Positions 10,291 to 19,528 of a stretch of 64,000 nucleotides of DNA are shown here, in pieces; within the stretch, counting starts at the first letter, position 1; every line of letters begins with the position of its first letter. Under the pieces are notes generated by a model. That model searched no databases. It was not told where the DNA came from and saw nothing but the letters and a program-made list of their open reading frames with translations. This DNA is from Candidatus Latescibacterota bacterium (lineage in GTDB: Bacteria; Latescibacterota; Latescibacteria; Latescibacterales; Latescibacteraceae): assembly GCA_042572165.1 (NCBI GenBank), contig JBHPFF010000001.1, forward strand, positions 10,770 to 74,769, read 5' to 3'. The position numbers and the translations under genes are program-made.

Positions 10291-10439
10291 TTTCATTTTA
10301 CTAATTTCTATACCAATTTGCTTTTTTTGACTCTTTGATTTTCTTCAAAATTGAATTATTTTTCTTTTTATAATATTTCGACTTCTTTTAACGTAATTTC
10401 AAATGCCAAATGATGTTTCCTATAACCAGCTTATTTCAC

Positions 10440-10940
10440 TTTGTGGATCGTCAATCAAGTGTCAGTCACAGAGATAAATCGTTACCTCCATATAAAAGCC
10501 CAACAAAAGCGAAGAGTGGACCTGTTTTCCCTCTTGCAAGTCTCATGCAGGTACGCTCATTCAATTGTCCTCCCCTCAATACTATCTCCTGCTCAATCTC
10601 TGTTGTTAAGACTTCCTTGCCCTTTGAAACAAAAGGGCTAATATAGCGGTCACACCATCTACATTCAGAAGCACATCGGTGGCATCGCATAAGAGCAGAT
10701 CACCAATAAGGACTGCATTCAATCTTACAGAGAGTCGGTTGCCCACGTCAGATCAAGCCGTTGTCGATTACATCGTCATGGCAGAGGTTTGCGGTATGAA
10801 CCAATTCAGTTGCTATACACGCACTCACCAATTTCTCGATATTCGCATATACCATATAACATTCTGCCAATCGAGTAGCCAGAAAGGTGCACAACATTTT
10901 ACCTGGTATAAGAAGATCCCGGATTAATTTCACATCCATA
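10440..10940 (-). pseudogene. polyprenyl synthetase pseudogene (paralog of 17511..18392; frameshifted and 3'-truncated)
   Basis: Two out-of-frame minus-strand ORFs, 10748..10939 and 10466..10690. The first reads PGKMLCTFLATRLAE...ELVHTANLCHDDVIDNG. The second reads EIEQEIVLRGGQLNERTCMRLARGKTGPLFAFVGL. Together they align with residues ~40-190 of the intact synthase at 17511..18392. The second DDxxD half is missing. Confidence 0.8.
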
Positions 10941-11023
10941 ATGAAGATATAACTTTATCGGTTCTCGCTAAAAGAAAATATCTTACCAGTGGGATGAATT
11001 CATCTGATGTTATTTTTTTGTCA

Positions 11024-11644
11024 TTATAATGCAACAGCCAGATTATTTTTAACATAAACATCCTCATAAATAGCAAGCACTTTTCTTACAGCAAAACACA
11101 CACAATCGCAGGATATGGTTGCACCGGAGACTTTACGGATGTCTCTTTTAATCCCTTTTCCACTCTTTACGCTGATATGATCTGAACTTCCCTTACCGAA
11201 AAATTGTTTAAGGAAATTATTACGCGCTATCGGCTTTCCGCGTTTTTCCTTTAACTCCGTAACGGCTAAGTTGTTAACTTTTCCTGTGGTTGTGTCAATT
11301 GCAATAATAAATATAACAGGGCCCCATTTACCGGGTTGTTCCTCCATTAGTGCCATGCGTACTGGCTTACCATCTTTAATTCCAACCAAAAAGTCATACG
11401 TGGTGACATCAGCAACAGCTTCTGATTCAGAGCCTTTTTGGAAGTGAACAAGGTGACCGCCCATTCTTTCTTTAATAACGGCAATTTCAGCATCGGTCAA
11501 TGTGTGATTTATTGTTTTTATCTCATCGACGTCAGGGAACATCTCTTTAAGAGCCTGCTCTTTCGTTAAGAGCGTAATAGCAAAGACGTTCGAGCAAAAA
11601 AGCAAGCCCATTATTGCTAAAATTAATAGTTTTGTTTTTTTCAT
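11024..11644 (-). CDS. secreted FMN-binding domain protein (FMN_bind, RnfG/NqrC/PplA-like flavinylation motif)
   Basis: Probable start MKKTKLLILAIMGLLFCSNVFA (signal peptide). The ORF as listed extends to 11719 and overlaps apbE. Motif KVSGATIS is a flavinylation site of the (S/T)GAT type. Confidence 0.75.
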   Translation of the reverse strand: MKKTKLLILAIMGLLFCSNVFAITLLTKEQALKEMFPDVDEIKTINHTLTDAEIAVIKERMGGHLVHFQKGSESEAVADVTTYDFLVGIKDGKPVRMALMEEQPGKWGPVIFIIAIDTTTGKVNNLAVTELKEKRGKPIARNNFLKQFFGKGSSDHISVKSGKGIKRDIRKVSGATISCDCVCFAVRKVLAIYEDVYVKNNLAVAL

Positions 11645-11663
11645 TTTACAGTTTCTCCTTTTT

Positions 11664-12659
11664 TTAATTATTATTGTTGTCAACGTGCATTCCTTTAGAA
11701 TAAACTCTTTCCTCGTCATCGGTTATCAGAAAAACTTCAATAGAGTGAAGTTTTTTTAGAATTTCGAGGGTTTTTTCTTTGCCAAGGACAAAAAAAGCGG
11801 TTGCCCAGGCATCTGCCAATACCGGATCAGGCGAAATAACAGTAACGCTTGCAAGGCCCTCAGCAGGAAATCCTGTTTCGGGATTGAGAATATGATGATA
11901 TTTTTTCCCATCCTCCTCGAAAACTCTCTCATAATCTCCAGAAGTAACTACGGCCATATCCGTAAGTTCTAGAGAACCTATTACTCCTTCACCTCGTGGA
12001 TTCCTAATGCCGATTACCCATGGTTTATTATTATACGCCCCAAGTGCATAAATGTCACCACCGCCATCTATCAACGCTGAAGTAATTCCGGATTGTTCAA
12101 GTACCCGTTTGGCCTCGTTGAGTGCGTAGCCTTTAGCAATAGATCCCAAATCAATTTTTGTAGTTGCTTTCTTTTTTTTAAGTTCTCCTTTCTCTATAAA
12201 AATATTTTCATAACCAATAGATTTTAAAGTATTATCTAAATCTTCTTTGTTTGGTACCTTTGGGGATTCGTCGAAAAAGCCCCAAAGTGTGATTAAAGGG
12301 AAAACGGTTATATCAAAATTCCCATCGCTCTTTATGCTGACGTCAAGAGCCTTTTGAACAAGTTCGACAATTTCACAGTCGGTACTAGGACTATCATCGG
12401 CATTAAACTTATGAACAGGGCTTTCGGGATTCAAAGCATTGAACTTTATATCAATTTCCTCAATCCTCTCAAAAGCCTTTTCAATGCCTTTTAGAACATC
12501 AATGTCTCCTGGTACCTGAATTGTGAAGAAGGTATCCATCAAAAAACGAGTCTGAGACTGAATATTATCAGGATCTTCTTTTAAAAATATCCATAAGATT
12601 AAAACAAGTACGATAATGCCGACAGTAAAACTAACAGCCCAAAATCTCTTTCTTAACAT
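11664..12659 (-). CDS. apbE: FAD:protein FMN transferase ApbE
   Basis: N-terminal TM anchor. Motifs FLMDTFFTIQV, SALIDGGGDIYALG and SGDYERVFEEDGKKYHHILNP are typical of the ApbE family. 331 aa. Confidence 0.85.
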   Translation of the reverse strand: MLRKRFWAVSFTVGIIVLVLILWIFLKEDPDNIQSQTRFLMDTFFTIQVPGDIDVLKGIEKAFERIEEIDIKFNALNPESPVHKFNADDSPSTDCEIVELVQKALDVSIKSDGNFDITVFPLITLWGFFDESPKVPNKEDLDNTLKSIGYENIFIEKGELKKKKATTKIDLGSIAKGYALNEAKRVLEQSGITSALIDGGGDIYALGAYNNKPWVIGIRNPRGEGVIGSLELTDMAVVTSGDYERVFEEDGKKYHHILNPETGFPAEGLASVTVISPDPVLADAWATAFFVLGKEKTLEILKKLHSIEVFLITDDEERVYSKGMHVDNNNN

Positions 12660-12687
12660 CTTTTAAATCTAAAAAAACATGGTGGCA

Positions 12688-13791
12688 TTAGAATGTCGAC
12701 CTCCAGCCGGCTGTTAAACGGTTGAATTTCAATGTCTCGTCACCAGAAGCTCCCCATTGTCGCCAATCAGCGATGTCATACTGTATCTGTATCATAGAAC
12801 CTGATGCAATATTGATTATAAGTCCCGGAGAAATAGTAACATATTCCTCTTCACCCGGGTTGGTTGTGATAAAACCATTGAAATTATGCAATGCATAATC
12901 GTAATGAAGCATTGCTTTTCCCCACCAGGAAAAGTCCCAGAGGAGCTTTGCATAATATCCGAAAGGTGTAGCATCTTCAAGTGTACTTGCGGCAATACTA
13001 TTTTCCCAGTTACCACCTGCAACCTCGGCACGAGCGGCGAAATTACCCCATACATACCCAGCACCAGCTGAATATCGGGTCATATTATATTTCCCGTCAT
13101 CGTCCCATTTCCCTCTCGCTAAAGATCCCTGGAACCTGAAAGCGCCGATCTCCGGTTCGACATGAATCATTGCAGTAGGTGAATTATTATTATCGTTGTA
13201 CAGATTTTTTTGTCCGCCTTTTCCGCCATTCAAAAGATAAATATAGGTTGGTAATGAGAGGAATGGGAGTTCAAGCGGTTTGTAAAGCTCGATACCGGTT
13301 TCATGCATAGCTCCAAGAAAATTATTTATGGAGAATTTGCCACCGTTTGTCTCTTCCTCCCAGAAAAGCTCGGCTCCGTAATCCCATGTAAACTGTGGCT
13401 TGAGAATACCAATAGACATTTCAATATCATAGGGCATCATCACCGTAAAAACAGCTCTTCTGAATTCATCGAACTTAGGGCTGATATTAGAGCCTTTTGT
13501 GTTTCCCAGGTCTGTCCCAAATCGGGGTGTTGCACCTGTTTTGGCATTGAACATAGGTTGAAGCTCAACTGATATTCTATCTGAAATCTCAGATGATATA
13601 TAGATAATTGTCTCTGTGAAAGCCATGCCGGCAGACTCATGACCTTTAATTCCGTTCATCTTTCCATCTTTATAATCAAACAAGGTCAGTTTGACGTGGG
13701 CACCTGTCGTTAATCCCTGTGCCGAAACCTGAGTGACTATCAAAATGAGAAACATGCAGAAAGTCATAAACAACAATAATTTTCTTAACAT
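12688..13791 (-). CDS. hypothetical outer-membrane beta-barrel (porin-like) protein
   Basis: Signal peptide ending VSAQG. Alternating amphipathic segments. C-terminal ...AGWRSTF, the aromatic terminal residue expected of OM barrels. No named family. Confidence 0.5.
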   Translation of the reverse strand: MLRKLLLFMTFCMFLILIVTQVSAQGLTTGAHVKLTLFDYKDGKMNGIKGHESAGMAFTETIIYISSEISDRISVELQPMFNAKTGATPRFGTDLGNTKGSNISPKFDEFRRAVFTVMMPYDIEMSIGILKPQFTWDYGAELFWEEETNGGKFSINNFLGAMHETGIELYKPLELPFLSLPTYIYLLNGGKGGQKNLYNDNNNSPTAMIHVEPEIGAFRFQGSLARGKWDDDGKYNMTRYSAGAGYVWGNFAARAEVAGGNWENSIAASTLEDATPFGYYAKLLWDFSWWGKAMLHYDYALHNFNGFITTNPGEEEYVTISPGLIINIASGSMIQIQYDIADWRQWGASGDETLKFNRLTAGWRSTF

Positions 13792-13890
13792 AGCAAATAA
13801 CTCCTTTTGTTTTTATCTTCTACCTGCATTGAAACTCTGCTGTGTTTTAAGACATTCCTGTTTTTAGAGACCTGTCTGTATCAATAGTTA

Positions 13891-14361
13891 CTAGGCCTTT
13901 CTCAGCCAGATATCATATAAATTGAGAAGCTGGATAATCAATAGCGTTATTGCAAGAGTGGAGCCTGCTATAACCAATACTGTTGCAAAAGCAGTTGATA
14001 CATACGGGATTAAATACATCAAACCGATATCTATAGGAATAAGAACGAAAGGAAAAACACCTAAGAAGCATTTGAGTTTATCACTAACACCGGTAAACAT
14101 AAGAACGGTTAGTGGTATTGCAAAACAAAAAATCCCGTAAAATGGCAAATAGATATGTGCATGCTCGGTCACTTCCATATATTCCATATAACCATATGAT
14201 TCCGCAATCAACGAAGGATTGAACTCAGTGCTTATATAGATTTGTATTGCAAAGACTATATAAACCAGACCGACAAAGCATAAAAGAGCTGTTATAAAAA
14301 GTTTTTTACATAAAGGTAATTCCGAAAGCTTAAAATCTTGCATTTTACTTCTCCTTAACAT
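13891..14361 (-). CDS. hypothetical integral membrane protein (~4 TM helices)
   Basis: Hydrophobic 156-aa ORF in operon position between the barrel protein and the small CxxCH protein. No recognisable motifs. Confidence 0.45.
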   Translation of the reverse strand: MLRRSKMQDFKLSELPLCKKLFITALLCFVGLVYIVFAIQIYISTEFNPSLIAESYGYMEYMEVTEHAHIYLPFYGIFCFAIPLTVLMFTGVSDKLKCFLGVFPFVLIPIDIGLMYLIPYVSTAFATVLVIAGSTLAITLLIIQLLNLYDIWLRKA

Positions 14362-14454
14362 GTGAAAATGAGGGGTTTATGTTTCTCTTTGCCCAATAAG
14401 CATCATTTTTGTAATGGGCCTATCTTTTAATCATTCGTAAACAGATCACTCGTG

Positions 14455-14871
14455 CTAATGACAGAGCATACAGGAATAATCGCCGTTTATATCGTACCCA
14501 TGAAAATCACTGTTAGTACCTATATTGACATCTGCATTGGTAACGCTAATATCTTTTGACCCATATCCCTTGTCTCCCGGAGTAACCGTATATGAGCCTG
14601 CACCGACATCACTAAAAACATAGGTTCCTGTTGCATCTGTAAGTGCGGACGCCTGGCTTTTACCAGTCAATTGAACAGTAAGACCTACTATGGGATTTCC
14701 TGAGCCATCAGTGAATTTACCGGTTATATTGTATGTTCCGCTGGCATCAACTCCTTTGTCATAATCATCATTTGCACTGAAAATACAGCTAACAACCGAT
14801 AAGATTAACAAAATGTGTAAAAGAACAAGAAATATTTTCAATTTGAACCCCCTTTCAAAAAAATGGTTCAT
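14455..14871 (-). CDS. small secreted (possibly lipo-)protein with Ig-like/CarbopepD_reg-like domain and C-terminal CxxCH
   Basis: Signal peptide with LSVVSC. GSGNPIVGLTVQLTGKSQASALTDATGTYVFSDVGAGSYTV resembles carboxypeptidase-regulatory-like beta-sandwich domains. The protein ends ...NGDYSCMLCH-stop (verified on DNA: tgt atg ctc tgt cat tag). Confidence 0.55.
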   Translation of the reverse strand: MNHFFERGFKLKIFLVLLHILLILSVVSCIFSANDDYDKGVDASGTYNITGKFTDGSGNPIVGLTVQLTGKSQASALTDATGTYVFSDVGAGSYTVTPGDKGYGSKDISVTNADVNIGTNSDFHGYDINGDYSCMLCH

Positions 14872-15044
14872 CTGTCCTGGTTCATCGTGAAATGGGATTT
14901 ACAGCTTCATAAATTAGTCACTAATAACGGGGATTTTCAATCCCTCTTGACATAAGATATTACTGTGGCTGTAAAAGCCAAGCCCTTAGGGTGCTTCGCA
15001 GCCTTGAAAGGTCGAGCTTGTTAATAGTTTTCTGGTCTCCTTTC

Positions 15045-15385
15045 TTTTAGCTTTTATTTCTTCACGAGCCTTTCCTGCTCGCGGTCAAGTCTCCGCTTTT
15101 GCCCATGAAGACGACCCCGCGTCTTTTGTTTCAGGCCATTCATGCCTTCTTGGCGATAGTTCCTTCACCACCGCACAACTGATGTACGGGATACCTCAAG
15201 AATCAATGCAACTTCAACTTGTTTCATGACCCGCCGTAGCATCCGTAAACAGCGACATCTGAGTTCGTATTGCGCTTCGCTACTTATCTTTCTTGCATCT
15301 CGTTTTTCCATACAATAAAGATAACAATTTTATCCTAATTATGCGATATATTTATTCGCCGGCTTAATAGTATCCAGCCGCCTAT
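15045..15385 (-). mobile_element. IS630-family element remnant (degraded 5' end, in-frame stop in transposase start)
   Basis: About 80-85% identical to 22232..22430. Shared strings include cctttcctgctcgcggtcaagtctccgcttttgc, tttcaggccattcatgccttct and cgccggcttaatagtat. The reading frame equivalent to MRWW... hits TGA after 3 codons. Confidence 0.55.
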
Positions 15386-15562
15386 ATGTATACTCCCCAT
15401 AAAACATATTTACTTCTGGATGTTGAGAATAAATTTCTTTTTATTATGTAAGAGTAAACTATTATTATTCCAAATTCACTCTCCATCTATATATCACTTC
15501 GAAAAAGAGAGACAGTTACATATCGTGGATAAGTCGGCATTATCGTCAGTTTTCAAAGCGAA

Positions 15563-15952
15563 TTAAGAGAGTATTTTTGATATCTTATTACTTAACAAAT
15601 CGAGATCCACAGGTTTCTCAAGGAAATCCTCAACTGGAAGCCAATATTCACTGCTATCGCTTGAACTGAATCCGAGTGGAAATTTCTCGTTTACAGCAGT
15701 CAGCAGCAAAATGGGAATATCTTTGAGTTTTTCGCAGGAATGTTTTATCCGACGGGCAAATTGAAATCCAGCTGAATTGTTTTCCGGAAACATAACATCC
15801 AGTATGATAAGATCAGGTCGTCGTTTATTCATGCTCTTTTCTGCGCTCTTTATGTCTAGTTCAATTTTTACTTCGTGACCGGTATCGCGTAATACAGTTG
15901 CTGCTGCAGTTGCGAAATCTTCATCATCATCAATAATCATGAGATAAGACAT
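15563..15952 (-). CDS. stand-alone response regulator receiver (CheY-like)
   Basis: MSYLMIIDDDEDF...PDLIILDVMFPE...: phospho-acceptor Asp context. 129 aa with no output domain. Confidence 0.8.
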   Translation of the reverse strand: MSYLMIIDDDEDFATAAATVLRDTGHEVKIELDIKSAEKSMNKRRPDLIILDVMFPENNSAGFQFARRIKHSCEKLKDIPILLLTAVNEKFPLGFSSSDSSEYWLPVEDFLEKPVDLDLLSNKISKILS

Positions 15953-17429
15953 TTTGCTTCTCCTTATTTTTATTCACATGTTTTATTGAAGATGGAAACA
16001 CTAATTCAAATTTTGTTCCTTCTTTAGGTATACTGGTAATTCGCACATTAATATGATGTACCTGAGCCACATTTTTAACTATGGCTAGCCCCAATCCCGT
16101 CGAATTTTTATTGTGACGTACGGCTTCGTCAGTCTTGTAATACTCATCAAATATTTTTGGGAGTTTATCGCCGGGGATGCCTATACCCCTGTCCTTGATA
16201 GTAATTACAGGACCTGTTTCTGTTGATGGTCTACAATATACACGCACTCGCCCCTTTTCATACGAATAGATGACTGCGTTGGAAATTAAATTTACTAAAA
16301 GCATCTTCATATGATCTTCAACAGCCACTACATATGCCTGTTCTAATTCCTTATCAAAAACGATCTTTCGTTTTTCCGCTAAGGGGAGAACTTGAACCAT
16401 ACACCATCTGATTATTTCAGCCAGATCAAGTTTTTTCCAGCAAAGCGTATCCTTCTTCACTGAATGTAAATTAACAAGCTGTAACATTTCTTGTATTTCC
16501 TGTCCAAGTTTTTTGCTTCTGTTGGAAATTCTTTCCAGAACTTTAAGAGCCTTGTCAGGAAAGACTCCGCAATATCCTTTAAGGAGTAATTGTATATTGG
16601 CGTCAATCGCAGCAAACGGGGATTTTAATTCGTGCGTAATGCGAAGAAGATGTCTTGTTTTTTCTCTCTGGATCTCTAAAAGACGTTTATTGGTTTTAAC
16701 CAGTTCAAATTCTCTCTCAAGAACCATTTTCGATAGATATGACGCAAGATACCAAACTATGAACCAAATTCCTAACGAAGACATAACATTAATAATGGTT
16801 ATAGTTACATTATTTTCAATTTGAATCCGCAAGCTTCTGTCGATATACATGCCAGCTGAGGGAATTATTCCGTATTTTTCAACACATACACATGCCACAT
16901 AGAGAATACCTGCTAAAATAGTTACAATAAGGCTTTGTTTGCTTGAGAAAAAAATACAGGCTAAAACAATATGGAAAAGATATGTAAACGGTATAAATGT
17001 CTCCAAACTTCCTGAATAATGGATAACACCGGTTAGGATTATCAGATCAATGATTACTTGAGCCCATATATTATTCATGATACTGTCGTAAGTTTCGGCT
17101 CTTTTCATCTGCATAATATGCTTCAGATATGCAATATTTATGATAATTAACATCCCTGCAGTAACAATAGCCCACGAAGTTTGAGGGTGAAGTCCAAAGA
17201 ATTGAATACTGTCGGGGAAAAATCCGAGTATTCCAAATATGGTTAATAGTCCAATCACAATCCAGCGCAAATGGCAAAACCACAACGCATATTTCATCAA
17301 TATGGGTAAAGGGAGTTGTGTAAATACTCTTTTTTGAGTATCTTTTTGAGACAAGTTCACTTCAGGTATTACCGATAATTCATAAACATTCATTTTTGTT
17401 TCAGCCTTTAATAACATTGAACATTCCAT
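15930..17429 (-). CDS. sensor histidine kinase with multi-TM N-terminal sensor region
   Basis: About 7 hydrophobic helices. H-box RITHELKSPFAAIDANIQLL. HATPase_c motifs (DRGIGIP, GLGLAIVKNV). Confidence 0.85.
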   Translation of the reverse strand: MECSMLLKAETKMNVYELSVIPEVNLSQKDTQKRVFTQLPLPILMKYALWFCHLRWIVIGLLTIFGILGFFPDSIQFFGLHPQTSWAIVTAGMLIIINIAYLKHIMQMKRAETYDSIMNNIWAQVIIDLIILTGVIHYSGSLETFIPFTYLFHIVLACIFFSSKQSLIVTILAGILYVACVCVEKYGIIPSAGMYIDRSLRIQIENNVTITIINVMSSLGIWFIVWYLASYLSKMVLEREFELVKTNKRLLEIQREKTRHLLRITHELKSPFAAIDANIQLLLKGYCGVFPDKALKVLERISNRSKKLGQEIQEMLQLVNLHSVKKDTLCWKKLDLAEIIRWCMVQVLPLAEKRKIVFDKELEQAYVVAVEDHMKMLLVNLISNAVIYSYEKGRVRVYCRPSTETGPVITIKDRGIGIPGDKLPKIFDEYYKTDEAVRHNKNSTGLGLAIVKNVAQVHHINVRITSIPKEGTKFELVFPSSIKHVNKNKEKQNVLSHDY

Positions 17430-17510
17430 ATATTTAGAGTATAGTATTCGATAATCCTATTATGGATGTTCTTTATCATTAAAAAATTTTCTGTTTCTCG
17501 TCGGTAAAAT

Positions 17511-18392
17511 TTAACATAATACTTTTATTTCTAAGTTATTACGGTCGAAAGACCATTGGAGATCACTTTTAATAAACTCTTTAAGGCCTTTACGGTTCCG
17601 GGGCCATTCGTTGAGACAATCAAGAGCAGAAATGCATAGCTCCACTATTTTTTTATTAATTCTTTGTGGTGTCTCCATAGACTGTGGAAGTGTGAATTTC
17701 CCGCGCCGCAGGTCACTTCCAAGGGTTTTACCGTAACGTTGTTCATCACCGATAATATCGATAAGATCATCGGCGAGTTGATATGCAGTGCCGATAAGGT
17801 ATCCTGACTCCTCAAGGGCTGCTGAGAGAGCGCTATTGTCACCCCCGCAGACTAATCCAACAAAAGCGAAAAGCGGTCCGGTTTTCCCACGACTAAGCCT
17901 CATGCAGGTGGTTTCATCCAATTGTCTTCTTCGCAAAACCAACTCTTGCTCGATCTCTGCCTGGCAGACCTCTCTGACTTTTGTTATGAAAATTTCTGTA
18001 TAACGACCCTTCTGAGTTTTCTGAATCATATCCATCGCCTCGCACAAAAGCAGGTCGCCTGTCAGAACAGCCTGCGAAGGGTTTGTGGCTTTCCAAAACG
18101 TTTGGACTCCCCTTCTTATCTGGCCATTGTCAATAACATCGTCATGCAACAAGCTTGCAGTATGAACCAGTTCGACCGCTGCACATGCCCTCACCAGCGT
18201 TTCACTGTTGACAGATATCTTATCATACGATGCCAGTCGATCAGCCAGACGTGTGCGCAGCATTTTACCTGGCATAAGAGATTCTCGAGTAATTTCACAA
18301 CCAAAAGAGTAAATTACTTTTTCGGTCCGTGTCAAAAGAAAATCTCTAACCAGTGAAACGAATTCATTTAATGATGTTATTTTAGCTGTCAT
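17511..18392 (-). CDS. polyprenyl diphosphate synthase (trans-isoprenyl diphosphate synthase)
   Basis: First DDxxD motif LLHDDVIDNGQIRRG and second motif YQLADDLIDIIGD. Also GKMLRTRL and the RGKTGPLF region. 293 aa. Confidence 0.85.
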   Translation of the reverse strand: MTAKITSLNEFVSLVRDFLLTRTEKVIYSFGCEITRESLMPGKMLRTRLADRLASYDKISVNSETLVRACAAVELVHTASLLHDDVIDNGQIRRGVQTFWKATNPSQAVLTGDLLLCEAMDMIQKTQKGRYTEIFITKVREVCQAEIEQELVLRRRQLDETTCMRLSRGKTGPLFAFVGLVCGGDNSALSAALEESGYLIGTAYQLADDLIDIIGDEQRYGKTLGSDLRRGKFTLPQSMETPQRINKKIVELCISALDCLNEWPRNRKGLKEFIKSDLQWSFDRNNLEIKVLC

Positions 18393-18419
18393 TTTTCTGT
18401 TAAATTAAGTTTCATGTTG

Positions 18420-18890
18420 ACAAACACGTTATCATAAAGAGCAAACACTTTTTTCACTGCAAAACAAGCACAATCGGAAGATATAGTTGCCCCGCTGATG
18501 GCGCGGATATCTTTACTAATTCCTTCCCCACTTTTTACGCTGATAGGATCTGAACTCACTTTGCCAAAAAACTGTTTTAAAAAAATTCTGATGTGCTATC
18601 GGACGACCTAGTTTCTCTTTATAAGACATTACAGCTAAATTAATAAAGTTTCCCTGTATTTGCATCTATATGCTATGATAAATTCAACCGGTCCCCATTT
18701 CCCCGGGTGTTCCTCGATAATTGCCATTCGGACTACCATGTTGTTTTTCATGCCAATGTAAAAATCATATGCAGTCGTTTCGGCGACATTTTCAGATTGT
18801 GATCCTTTCTGGTAATGAACAAGGGAACCGCCCAATCTTTCTTTAATGTTTGCGATTTCCTAATCCGTCAAAATATGATTTGTGTTTTTC
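18420..18890 (-). pseudogene. FMN-binding protein pseudogene (paralog of 11024..11644; premature stop, N-terminus replaced by IS fragment)
   Basis: Nucleotide and protein homology to the intact copy (MGGSLVHYQKGSQSENVAETTAYDFYIGMKN...EEHPGKWGPVEFII). An in-frame TAG replaces the Ala codon in ...ILTD*EIANIKERLGG. The signal-peptide region is absent. Confidence 0.75.
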
Positions 18891-19323
18891 ACTTCTTATC
18901 TGTTGTCGCACAATCGATAGTTTCGAGATACGCTCGTCCCATGTTTTTTCCGTCTGTTTCAAAAGCGGCGGCAACCAGAGACTTGTCCTCAACACCGCGA
19001 CCACGCTTGCCCGGGCGACGACCTCCGACAAAGGTTTCGTCAACCTCCACCTCGCTGGTAAGAGGGAACATCTGTGATGAGGCCCTAATTGACCGGATTT
19101 TATGTAACAGGAGCCATGCCGTCTGGTAGGATCGTATGTCGAATTTACGTTTCAATTCCATAGCGAACATATCTTTCTTCGATGTAGCAACCAGATAGAC
19201 CGACCAGGAAAGCGTCAAAAGTGGATGACGCAGGCGATGAAAAACTGTTCCGGCAGTAACAGACGTTTGATGTCGGCACGCCGTGCATTGAAAACGGCGT
19301 TGTTTTTCAATGAAATATGCCAT
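18889..19323 (-). pseudogene. IS1595-family (ISXO2-like) transposase, N-terminal 144-aa fragment only
   Basis: Zn-ribbon FQCTACRHQTSVTAGTVFHRLRHPL. Helix region YQTAWLLLHKIRS. The start of the DDE domain, EVEVDETFVGGRRPGKRGRG, typical of IS1595 transposases. The ORF then stops and abuts the FMN-bind pseudogene. Confidence 0.65.
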
Positions 19324-19528
19324 TGATTATTGCATTTCGGATATCAAAATCCGTCAGGCCAACGCTTTTCAACAAGATACTGAAAACATTCAACTTCTGA
19401 CGGAAAACGATTGAGAAATTCATATAAATTCATATAAGGAAAGAACCGGTTTCAACCGGATAAAATTATATTAAACTAAGTGTTATAAAATATTATACGC
19501 TCTTTTTTGCTCTTCATTAAAACTGTTT

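Noticed and set aside
12688-13791. Labelling the outer-membrane protein a specific cytochrome-conduit barrel of the MtrB/PioB type
   Set aside because: At 367 aa it is far shorter than MtrB-type conduits, and no partner decaheme genes are adjacent. Only a generic porin-like call is supportable.
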